From Dipteris shenzhenensis (taxonomy: Eukaryota), in assembly GCA_047967505.1 (NCBI GenBank), contig CM106538.1: 64,000 nt of DNA. The stretch is one strand, 5' to 3'. The notes below the pieces were generated by a model. That model worked only from the letters and a program-made list of their open reading frames with translations, was not told where the DNA came from and did not search any database. The first letter of the stretch is position 1; each line of letters opens with the position of its first letter. The position numbers and the translations under genes were made by a program. Shown here piece by piece: positions 12,971 through 24,500 of the stretch.

Positions 12971-13054
12971 CTGAATGTCATCATTGAAGACAAGATGCGT
13001 TGTTTGATACTTCGCAAGAAGCGTAAATGCATTGTGGTTTGCAAAGTCTTCAAA
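12971..13054 (-). CDS. NADP-ME: NADP-malic enzyme exon ([28 protein letters not shown]), metal-binding residues
   Basis: FEDF and FNDDIQ malic enzyme signature motifs; tag| and |gtactt; 84 bp. Confidence 0.97.
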
Positions 13055-13059
13055 CTAAA

Positions 13060-13174
13060 AATATTAGCACAAACCTCAATGAGAAACTCAGAGACATTAA
13101 AATTTAAATATGCTTTTAATATTAGCACGAGCCTCAATGAGAAACTCAGAGACATTAAAATTTAAATATGCTTT
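13060..13174. repeat. 58-bp tandem duplication at the 3' splice region of the 18.3-kb intron
   Basis: AATATTAGCAC...AAATATGCTTT present twice with 2 mismatches. Confidence 0.93.
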
Positions 13175-13799
13175 GTGAAAAAACACCAAGGAATCTAGTG
13201 CTTTATAAAGTAAAACAGTTTTTGTACAGTTTTTGTCAATGGAACAAGGAAACAAAGTATTATTTAGAATAGCTATGTAAGTATACAAGCCATCAAGAAT
13301 CAAAGTAGCAATACGATTTTAAAAAATAAATATAAGGCAGGGGGGAAGGGGGGGAAGGATGTAACTGCCTGTGTCTTGGGACCAGGCAGTTTCAGACGAT
13401 GAATGAACAATAAATTTATTAGTGAAAATAAAATTGAAGGTAGATTTAAAAAATGTGTCTATCTTGGACCCATGTATTTTCAGGCAACAAATGAACAAGC
13501 CTCAAAATAAATTTATTGGCAATGGTAGAAGGTCAACTAAAGGGAGTTCCCTATGGACATCAAATGTGGAATTCCTTTGAGGCAATTAAGGCATCAGTAG
13601 TGTGGTCAGAGCATTGATGGCCAACAAAGAGACTATTAAACGGTTCGTCATGCTATTAAGGGTTCCCTTACTTTACTGCTCTTTGATTGAGATGGTATTG
13701 TTTGTCCGTTGATGAGGTAATAATCTCATGAGGCATGTTGAAAGGACAGACAATCATTTACAAGTAAAGCGTATGCACATGTGGAACTTCTAAACGATT

Positions 13800-14225
13800 A
13801 TCTGTCCTTTCTTCTCAGCACTACTATATGGCTGCGTAGAAGGTGGGGAGGTTTAAAGGACAGCAATGGCAATAATCTATAGGTGTGCCAGCGATCATAA
13901 ACACTAACATTTACTGTCCTAGATCTCTTTTCCAGAAATTGTGCCACATAAACTCTGTCCAACCTTGCTTCTCTTCTTAGATCACCTATCTGTCTATTGC
14001 ACAATGTGTAAATGCTAGGTAAGCCTATGTCAACCACTTGAAGGTTTTCCTTGAGGTCTTCCCAAAGTTGAAGTTTAGGGCCTCTAAGTACATACCCTTT
14101 TTGTAACCACCTGTCCTTTGAGCTTCAACCATTATTATTGAAATCTTCTAGGATAACATAGTCACTGCCCAAGTTCATCATTGCATCCCAAGTGGCTCTT
14201 TTGTCCATTGCATTAGGAAAAAAGG
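13800..14225 (-). mobile_element. LINE endonuclease remnant
   Basis: Degenerate (G)DFN...W..L and ARLDRVYV APE motifs. Confidence 0.7.
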
Positions 14226-14399
14226 GAGCTCATTTTGGGGCCCTGTGAGAAATTGGCTATTTTATCTTTTATCTCTCTTCTAAAATGTCGGAAAATCAAT
14301 AAAATACAGATATCTATCAGTTCAGGACCGCAGGTGTGTCAGTCCAGGGAGGAATAAAAAAGTCATTTCAAATAATTGAGAAGACGGGCAAAGCAGAAC

Positions 14400-15550
14400 G
14401 TCCTTGTGCAAGTAAACTGGGCAGTAATACAAGTCTGGCAAGCACGGCATACCTCTTGCTCAGTTGGGCCTGCATCGCTAGTCTCATCATGAATGTAGAA
14501 TATCATAATCTTGGTTTTACCAAGATTGATCTTCAGATCATGTGTCTCATGAGTGTGAAGTGCATCCAAGTGTCGCTTGAGGTCCTTCACTGAAGAGGAA
14601 AGGAAGACAACATTGGCTGCATAGAGGAGAATTTGAAACAAGGAGCCAGCAAGAGATGAGTGTGTCCTTGTGTCTCGATGAAAGTCTGATATAGAGGCCA
14701 AACAGAGTTGATGACAATGGACAACCTTGTTCGACACAATGGTACTCTTGATCTTCGCCATCCACCCTATAGCTGTCTGAAAATGTACCTCAATCTTGGT
14801 CACCTTTTAAAAAAGGGTTGTATGTGTGGGGTCAGCTGGGAGACCAAACCAAATTAAAGTGGAAACAATGGCCAACTATAAGGAGAGAGTTTGGTCTTAA
14901 CAATAGAGACTGAGTTAGTGTGTCAAAGGCCGAGTCTGTGGGCAAGGAAAGACATATGGAGGAAGGTTCCTAGCTCATTTTTTTCAAAGAGTTTAGTTGG
15001 GTAGATAGTAATTTCTTCTCACTATTCCTACATACAAAGAGGATGCTTTCTCATGATCTGATTAGAACCCTCAATGTGAGATGGTCCAGATCAGATTCCA
15101 CATTCTCTTGGAACAGTATGTTTGAAGACATATGGCTCAAAAGCATATGAGAGAAAATGTTTATGCTTATGTGACTCATTCTACACAAAGCAGTTTGGAG
15201 AAATTCTATGACCTAAGGATAGAGAACGAGAAGAAGTTACAGCACATGCACAATGGTCCGTATGGATAGCCTAAAATCATTTGTTTTTTAGTGATGCTGA
15301 TGCCAATCCTGAAGTTCATCTTCTCCCTTGGGTTAATAGGGGACTAGAAAGGCTATATAGAGGTCACTAGCCTGCAACACAACAAAAGCCGAGGAAAGAG
15401 AATGGGAGTTTCTGCTGTACCTAGAAGAAGTATGCGATGGCCTTTCAGGAGGAACTTTATACATAGGTATTGGATAACATTCAGCTGCACACTCACAGAT
15501 TTTGTATTTGTTCTCAAATGCTAGCAAGCTCAGTTGCACCTATGGAAACT
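14400..15550 (-). mobile_element. Highly decayed RTE/RTEX-like reverse transcriptase fragment
   Basis: VEQGCPLSSTLFGLYI, LLYA.NVV (degenerate YADD) and LKINLGKTKIM across frameshifts. Confidence 0.7.
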
Positions 15551-15758
15551 GGATGTTCAGTAGCTTATGAGGTTTTATATATATGCTAGCAAGAGTAGCT
15601 GTATCTATGGAAGCATCATGTAAATTCTATTAAACATATACAAACACTCTTTTGCTGGGGAAAAAACAAACAAATAAAAGTCAATGGCAAAAGGGGAAAA
15701 GCTATCCACTCTCAGAGAGAGAACATATTGGACCCATCATCACTTGAGAAATGCCCCT

Positions 15759-15830
15759 GGCCGTGTTTCCATAGGCCTTGTGAGAGAAGGCATAGGCCAT
15801 GTTTCCATAGGCCTTGTGAGAGAAAGCATA
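15759..15830. repeat. 36-bp tandem duplication within an unclassified, possibly LTR-derived segment
   Basis: GGCC(G/A)TGTTTCCATAGGCCTTGTGAGAGAA(G/A)GCATA present twice. Confidence 0.85.
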
Positions 15831-17419
15831 GTAAAGGGAATTATGAACTGGGAAAAAGAGACAACTCTGAGTCTGCTACCAAGATCATCTTCACCGAACC
15901 ACGTTCTAGGAGCCAAATGATATTGTGCATCATCTGGAACTCACCGCCCAACCATAGAGCACCCCCAAGCACCGAAGCTAGACATGGCCCAACCCTCAGT
16001 CAGTCTCCACATCAATACCACAAAAGCCCCATCCACAAGGAATGCGTCAACCTAGCTTGTCAGGTATCGCCATGCCTCTAGTAGGAATCACTATCCATGT
16101 ACCGACTGGTCTCCCCCATGCTGAGCCCCCTATGTCAAGATATAATCAGCATAAAGGGCCTATTCCCTTCAAGATTTCCATCTAGATATATCACTCTAGT
16201 TAGAATTACTCATCCTAACCTTTTGACTCCACCCACTAAGGTCTCATCAACCCATAGGTGAGTCATTAGCTAGCCGGGGTTAGCTAGGATGTAACAAAAT
16301 AACACATCTATGAAGGATCCAATTAGATGAAAATAAGCTTGGAAGGTAAAGGTTATTGTCTTGAAAAACCATATACACAAATTATTGGAAGATGTTGAAT
16401 TTGGCACCATGTGGGTAGAACTAATATAGATCCTCTACAATAGTCTCTCCATATCGTAGATGCCTACACACGCATCCAATACATCTCCTTGGCAACTGGG
16501 ATGTGTGGCTTTTCTTACTGCTTTACAGTGTCAATCGTAGACATGGTTAGGCATTGACCACATTGCTTATATATTTCCTATTGCATATGTAGAATCCGTA
16601 TTCCCCCCCCCTCCCACCAAAATGTACAGCTATAAATTGTGCCCTTCACACAATCGCACAGGTAGGGTCAATGGACGTGCCAAACATCTGCAAGTTGAAA
16701 ATGCCAATCAATGTCTACAATGCAAGATTGAGAAATTCAACAATTGAGTTGCTCACACAAATAATACATTATACATATCAAATGCTAATTAAGGAGGTGA
16801 GAAGTCATGAAGACCTTGAGGCTTCACACAAAAGCTAGGGCTTCAGCTCCCTTCTATGTGGCATTGGCACATTGGAATGCATTAATACATATACGTGGGT
16901 GAATAATCTCCCCTAATTGGCTGGCTGCCCACTGACTGGCCACGCCAAAGCGACACAAAGCACCAAAGTATGTGGCACCTACCCCCTTCATCCACAATGG
17001 ATGTATGTGGAACAATGCCACCTCATGTATCCCATTGAAAACCTTTTTTTGCCCCCCAGAGAAAAACTTTCTATTAATGCTTGAAAAAAGGCCAACCATA
17101 GAAATCAGTGTTGGAGGTGGTGGCCTCACCCCTCGTTGCAATTGTAGCATGGTTCATTTGAGGGGGGAGCCACGTGCATTTGACACGTGGAATCGGGAGT
17201 TTAGTCTCATAATTAGTTGTGGGCTTGTGTAGCCCTTGGATATAAAAGATTGTTTGAACCCCTCCCTCTCATCCCTCCTGGGACTTTTTGGGAGGAGAGA
17301 GAGGCTCCAACCTAGCTATGGGGCAGCGGGATTGGGACCCCGCACCTGAGGCTGACAAGTGGCGTGCTCTGCGCGCCTACAATCAGCTATCTGTGTTGTG
17401 GAGGAAAACAAGAAAGGAA

Positions 17420-18690
17420 AACACTATCTCGCAACCAGCCTATTTCAAAGGACCTAGCTCACTCCTCAGGGAGTCTCTAAAAAATAGGGCCTACCAATAA
17501 GGGTGGAGGACTATAAAACCAGCGAATGCCTCACTCATCAAATATACACGCCAAGCCTTGCGAGAATGCGCCTGTCTCTCAATGGTGGTCCAAGATCCCA
17601 TTGTCCCTCACTTCCATATGGCATGCAATGTATAGATGATATCTTGCCAAATGGTAAAAAGCGTGGTTGTTGGGGGGAATCTAATGTCCTCCCATCACCA
17701 AACTGTAATAGGCGACCTAGATGTTCCAAGCAATGATGCTGGACACCATCTCCCCAATACTATGCTCAGGTTAAGATACAGGACATTGTTGAGAAGGAGG
17801 AATCATGTCACGCACCTAAATCTAGAAGACCCTCTTCTGTGTATGCATGTCAATCGAGAAGGCATGATTTCCTTCCATCAACCAGGTTGCCATGCCAAGG
17901 TAAAGTCCCACTGCATCCTAGCCACAGTCCTGGAGGGCCCCCTATCAAATCCTCCTCTCAACGAGGTAGCTCTACAAGCTGTACAGAATCATCTCGAGGT
18001 CTCTATCCATGCACTCACGGCACCTCCTATCCACACACATCTCCTCCAACCATAGGCCAATGGCAAATCGCCGATGGACCACCATCTAGAAGAAATATGT
18101 AGCCTTGATCCATTGCCTCTCTCTAGAATGAATCCATGTAGCCACCTCAAGCTGAAGATGGTGATTAATTCATGGCATGCACCTCCATAATCCTCTCTCA
18201 GCTCCCTACTCTAGAGGACTAGAACCACTCACTCAGATCCCACTGCACCTCCCAAAGGAGGCGTCCCTCCCACAACAAAAGCCCCAACGTGACCGGTGCT
18301 AGCTCGATGGTCCAACCCTTATCCAGAGAGCCCACTCCTCTAATCGCTCTCAATTAAGTAATTTCCATAGCATCATCTAGATCAAGGTCTCCCTCTGTCT
18401 ATGGATGAAGAAGACCCCTTGGTCCCACTCTGTATTGCATAGGTTGGAAGGTGCCATGCATCTACTAGATCCTTGAGGAAAACCTTTTCCTAGAGAACTG
18501 CCCATACCACACCGCAAGAGTTGAGGCTCTATGTAAAGCAACCCTCCAAGACTCAAGGATGACGGAGTCTATTGCTAGCATCCATGTGCCTGCCCCCCTC
18601 ATGTGAGAGTCCCATTGAAAATCTCTGACCACTACCAATGAAAAAATGTCAGGGATGGTCTAGCCTCACAAGTTGCATTTATGGCTCCTC
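17420..18690 (-). mobile_element. Old degenerate L1 ORF2 C-terminal fragment
   Basis: Minus-strand EMVSSIIAWNI resembles family-B WEILASIVAWHIW; boundaries uncertain. Confidence 0.5.
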
Positions 18691-18999
18691 TATATTCAAC
18701 TTTTGTATATGATAGACCAATTGTAGTTTCCTCCTTGTTGCTCCAAGATACTAGTCCAACTCCAATGCTGAAGCAATATCTAGAAGAGGACTAGTGTTAT
18801 CTCCCAACCCACAATCACTATCATGACACCTAGAAAGTTTGAATTCATTCCTTCTCTTATACTCGACTCCACGAGTCATTGTGACCTTATCATATCTAAG
18901 GATTCTCTTAGCTTCTTTCTAATGCTATTCATTAGGGTTTGCCATATCTAGTTTAGTAGAATTGAATCAAGCAAAAATATAAGGGTGGGATACAATATC

Positions 19000-21068
19000 C
19001 TTAACATTGCTAAAATGTCCATGATCTATCCAAGAGTTGCAGTGAAGATTAGATGTCTTCTAATTAGGACCATTTCATCAAAGGACATATCCCGTGCTAC
19101 ACGAAGTGCTGGCATGATATCACGATACCGACAAATATCCTCAATGCTGGAAAGGAGGATAGCCACTTGATCATCTTCCCCAACAGGGGCCTTCAAAGCA
19201 GCAAGTCGGATGATGAGGGATTCCATATGATTCAAATGAGCATTAAGAGAACCTTCATGCTTCATATGGAGCTTAAAGAATTCATGCTTGGGAAATACTT
19301 TGGAATTGATAATTTTGTTGCCAAATAAGTTCTCTAGCTTGTCCCACAATTCATGTGCAGTGTCATCAAAATCCAAGTGATGAATAACACCATCAAACAA
19401 ACCCAAACCAATGGTAGAAAGACCTTTGTCATTGAGAGTTTCCCATGCTAGAATTTACTTTTCATCCGATTCAGCTTTGTTGTCTTTGCCACTAACCACC
19501 TTCCACACACCTTCCTTCATAAGCAAAAGCCTCAGCTTGGTTTGCTAAGTTGGAAAGTTCTTACCATAAAACTTTTCAATGACAATTCCCGCTTTGGAAT
19601 ACTCTCTGTCTGCTTCAAATGTTGCAGCAATATTGGCTGAAGTGCGAGCTTGGAGCAAAGGCTAGAATAGTATGGGCTGTAGTAGCAGCTCAGCTTGTAG
19701 TTGGGACAGAAAATGGCCAAGAAAAGGCATCGGACCAGTTAGAATAGTGCAGGCTGCACCTCATGTTGCAGTCCGGGCAGATGGCGGCATTCTTGAGGCA
19801 TGAATAGCAGCAGCAGCAACACTCTTCAAGTAGGTCGTTTCTTCAAAAACAGGCTCCAAATGAGGTCATTTTTAGGGTGACCAGTAGTACAAACATCTCC
19901 ACAACAGCAAGTAGCTATTTCCTTCACAAAAATGCCCCCAAAACAACAAAAACGGGCTGCTTTTGAGCAAAAAACGAGCTGTGCCTTTTCCTCTATGAAG
20001 ACACCCACTAATGCCCACAAGAATGGTGACCAAGTTGCCCCAAATCTAAGCACAAATCTAAGCAAACTCAAGGCTCATGGCGCAGCAAAATACACAACAA
20101 ATCACATAGCAACTCCAACTCCACGAATCAGCTCCAATGCCCAACAAAATCCACAACTCATGGAGAGGCTAAGAGTGAAGGAAGAAGGGCTGCCTTCCAA
20201 GGGAAAAGAGGGAGAGTAGCTCCTCTTTCTTGGCCTGCCTCACCTCAAACCCTTGGAAGAGCAAGGAGCAAGAGGGAAAGGACTAGGAGAAGGAAGGATG
20301 GAGGAAGAAAGAAAGGGAGGAGGAAGGATGGCTCTGATACCACATGAAGGAACATGGTGGAGAGGGACAGGGAGAGGGAGAGGGAGAGGGAGAGGAAGAG
20401 AGAAAGAAAGAAAGAAAGAAATTTTATTAAAGGTCCACGGAAGGCCATACATGGCCTATGGGACACAAAATCATCCGAAAGGAAAATACATCATCAACGA
20501 TGCGCCAACTAGGTGGCCTCATCGTAATACCGCTAAGATGCCAAAAATGGCTACAAAAATCCTAGATACAAAATGAAATGAAATAGAGTACCAAAATTGC
20601 CTAGATACAAAATGTAAAATATGAAATATGAGGAACATCGTCTTCCCTAAGGGGTCTGTGATCCAAAGAAATGATGGAAGTCATGGCCATCGACCATGCC
20701 TCCTGCCATGAGTGTGAAGATCTGGGCAAGTGTCAAATGGGCTGCTGGCGGTGCCAAGTCTCCGAGAGAGAGGGTAGGCTAGCGAGAGAGAATATAATAC
20801 TCAAATGGAAACATAATGAAAGTGAAAGGAAATGGAAATGAGCAATAGACAAAATGGAAAGAGACACATTTGATAAGCTTCATGTAGACTCCTTGATGTG
20901 TGTTGATGTGACACACAAGTACAATCATATATAGGATATACACACACTAGAATACCAAAGTGTACATGGGATATCTCCCAATATGACACGTGGCACTCAC
21001 ATAAGACTCTACTAGAACTCCTAGTAGAACACACTAAAACACACTCAACTTGACTTCATGTTCTAACA
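19000..21068 (-). mobile_element. Decayed copia-type element: 5' LTR (20345-21068), PBS and gag remnant
   Basis: LTR TGTTAGAACATG...CATGTTCCTTCA; PBS at 20331-20342; gag UBN2-like TAHELWDKLENLF...L.M.HEGSL..H. Confidence 0.85.
20400..20762 (-). mobile_element. (TTTC)n-tailed non-LTR fragment nested in the GA-rich tract of the copia LTR
   Basis: Longer sister of 2846-3075; GA repeats on both sides. Confidence 0.8.
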
Positions 21069-21519
21069 CTTTTTTGGGTGGGGGGAGGAGGGGACATCTA
21101 CGAGTCACCTATGTTTTCTCTATCTCAATGGTGTAGCTCTGTTTGTAATCGACTAGTCCTCACCAAGTGTTTCTCTACCAATAAGACTTAATGTGGATAG
21201 ATCACAAACTAAAGGAGTGGCACCCAACCAGAGTCGCCAATTGATTCCATTAAAGCCTAGAAGTCATTGCTGTTTTATGTCCTCACCTTTCTCAAAAGAC
21301 ACGAGTATCCCATACCATAAATGTCCTCCTTGATACACATAAACTGGGTTGATTCTAATGGCAATAGATTAAACACATTGTAATTTATCAGAGCTACTTG
21401 AAATGTCATGGATCAAAGTGTTGTAACACTTGGTATCAACTATTTTTCTATTTCTTTTCTAGAGAAACTTGGTATCAACTATTATCAACAACATGCTACC
21501 AAAACTTGGCGGTGCTTGA

Positions 21520-24500
21520 GGCTGCTCCTCCCCACACGAGCTGCCCCTCCCTCCCCTCAGCCTAGCCTCTCCCTCAGCCCCCTCCTCCTCCCTCTCAGCC
21601 CCTCCTTCTCGTCCCTCTCATCCCCGTCTCCCTCCCGCCCTCTCCTCCCTCTCTCCCGGCTGCTACCCCCTCTCCCTCCCTCCCTCGTCTCTGTACCTCT
21701 GCCTCCTCTACCCCCGCCTCAGCTCTCCCTACCTCCGCCTCCTCTACCCCCGCCTCAGCCCTCCCCCCCCTCGCCTCTCCTTGCCCCCGCCTCAGCACTC
21801 CCTCCCTCCTCTACCCCCGCCTCCTCTCCCCCCTGCCTCAGCCTTCCCCTCTCCCCCTTCAGCCTGCCCCGCCCCTTCCCCCCCACCTCCTCTTCCCCCT
21901 GCCTCAGCCTTCCCCTCTCTCCCCCTTCAGCCTACCCCACCCCTTCCCCCCTCCGGCCTCTTCTTGCCCTTCCTCACCTCCTTCATCCTTCAGCCTCTCC
22001 CGCTCCCTCCTGGCGGCTTCTCTGCCCCCCTCCCTAGGCAGCTCCTACACTCCTCCCCAGCAGCCTCTCTCTCCCCGCTATTGGCCCCCACCGACTAGGC
22101 CTCCTCCTCCTCTCTTTTGCCTCCCTCTTCATTCTCCTTCTTGTTCAGGCAACATTTTGTGCAGAAGATCCCATTGTGTTTGAGTTCGCCTTACCATCTC
22201 GATTGGCGATGGCTCAGCCTTCAACCAATCCTCGCCCACTCCCACCAGCCGCAAAAACCATCACATTCTCAAAAGACGAGTTGTAGCAGCTCATAAAAGA
22301 TACAGAGCAAGAGAGATTGACATCGCTCTTTGCTCGCATCCATGGGTCCCACCCTTTCAAATTACAAGCCAGGGACTGGATGCTTGCCGCTTTACCTGAA
22401 GACCTCGTAGGGCACCTCACAGATGTTCGTCTATTTGGTCGAGGTTTCTTTCAGGTTGTTTTTTACAATGCTTCAAGCCAGTCCTTTGGCACTGAGCTCC
22501 AGGAGGATGTTCTTGACACCTTTCTTGTTGGCCTGTGGAGGAGGATGGCCGGACATTTTTACGCTTCCTCAGATTCCCCGGCCTCATTCCGGGGTACCAC
22601 GTGTTAGGGCCGTTGTCTCTGACCCTATCCTTACGGATGACCGCATCATGCTCCAGCGTCCAGATGGCTCCTTCTTTAGGCAGAGAGTTGAGATCGCTGG
22701 GAGGAGACAAGATCAGTTCCTTGTGCTGATGAGGTTACTCCTATCTCTTCAGCCGTTCATGTGAAGGAGCTTTATCCTAGGGAGCAACCCTTTGCTTAAG
22801 CTCGTGCTGTACTCAAGGCTAATGCGGCTATTTTGGCCGAGATCCATCAGCAACAGCAGCCCCCTTTTCCTCTTGTTCCTTCTTTACCTCTTGACAGAGG
22901 CAAGGGGATTATTGCTTCTACTCCTCCATCTGCAGGAATCCTCCCCACACCTATGACAGAAGCATTATTCATGAACTCTTTTGCAGTTCTGGCAGACATG
23001 GCAGAGTTTGATTTAGAGGAGGAGTTTGTACCCTCTACCCTTGGGGATCACCATGAATAGAGCTTCCCCCTCTGCAGGTGTGGGAGTACTTTCCCCAATT
23101 GATTTCTCTTCTCTTAATAGGAGGAATTTTTCCCAGGTGAGGGATATCTCCGTTACCAGGTCGGGTAGATTTTTCCATCCGGCCTCTTCCTCTCGTCGAT
23201 GAGGATTGACAGTTGGAACGTTCAGGGCCTTGGAGATGTACCTCACCTCCGCCGTTGGCAGCTGATTCATAACGATCGAGGTGTTACTAGGGGCCTCATT
23301 GATGTCCTCATGATTCAAGAACGCAAACTAGATGTCAGGGATTGTGCCAAGTCAGGTAAGCTTCTTTTAGGACATACTTTTTGGTCACCCGCCTTGGGCA
23401 CCAGGGGAGGTACTTGTATATCTATTTCTTCTTCTATGCTACCCTTGGTGATTGGGTATGGGATCATAGCTCCCTCTAGAGCTTAGTGGGTCATTCTTTT
23501 AATTGGGGGACGTAAGGTTGGTTTCTTAAACCTTTATGCCCCCAATTCAAGAGGGGACTGTTCTTTTATGAAAGGAGCTGCTTTCTTGGTCTTGCATTGC
23601 AAAGTCTTGGATCATTGGAGGTGATTTCAACATGGTTGAAATTCCCACAGACAAAAGAGGTGGTAGGGAAGGTGGCTTACACTCCCTAGAGAGAGTAACT
23701 TGGGATGCCTTCCTTTTTCAATACAGTGGCAGAGATGCTTGGCATGATGATGCTTTTCACACTCAGCCGCAATCACCCTATTTTCTTGGTCAAACAGGAG
23801 GTTGCATATGCCTATCCATGCATGGATTGATAGATTTTATGTGAATGATTGGGCTCTGGATAGAGGTGGGACAATATGCATTACACCTGGGATGTCCACT
23901 TCAGATCACTTTCCAGTTGTATTATATGTTTCAGATCCTCAGGCGAGGAGTCGCTCTGCCAGTATTAGGATTCCAGATGCATTAAACGGAGAGGAGGATC
24001 TCATAGAGACAATGTTGCAGACTTGCGTATCTCACATGCACGACGGGCTGCTTTCCCCATCAGATATAGCAGCAACCCTCTGAGATATTAGAGACTTTTA
24101 TCACTCGATTGCTCGGTCTAGGAGAGGTGAGATCCTTAGGTAGAGATAGGTATCCGCCAGCAGTCGGCTGCTATTCAGAGGAAAGAGTAGAAGAGGCCTA
24201 TAGATGCTTGGGTTTAGGAGCACCTTGCTGCAGTAAGGGCTCAACAGCAGTAATTGTTGGATCAGAGAGCAGAGTATGCCTTTCATGCTAAGGAGTCATT
24301 TTGGACCCAGACGGGAGACAGGGTCAACAAGCAGTTCTTCTCTACTCTTGGCCCCAGACATAGTAGGGAGAGTGTTTCATAGCTTGTTGACTCAGACGGA
24401 GTTTTACAGACACATCCAAATACTGTCTTGCAGGTAGCTATAGATTTCTATGCCTCCCTTCTTACAGTAGATCCTGACACTCAGGCCAGAGATGATGCTC

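Noticed and set aside
15700-17300. Possible solo LTR ending GATGTAACA near 16296 and an unidentified coding-like remnant
   Set aside because: No matching 5' terminus, TSD or protein motif; left unclassified
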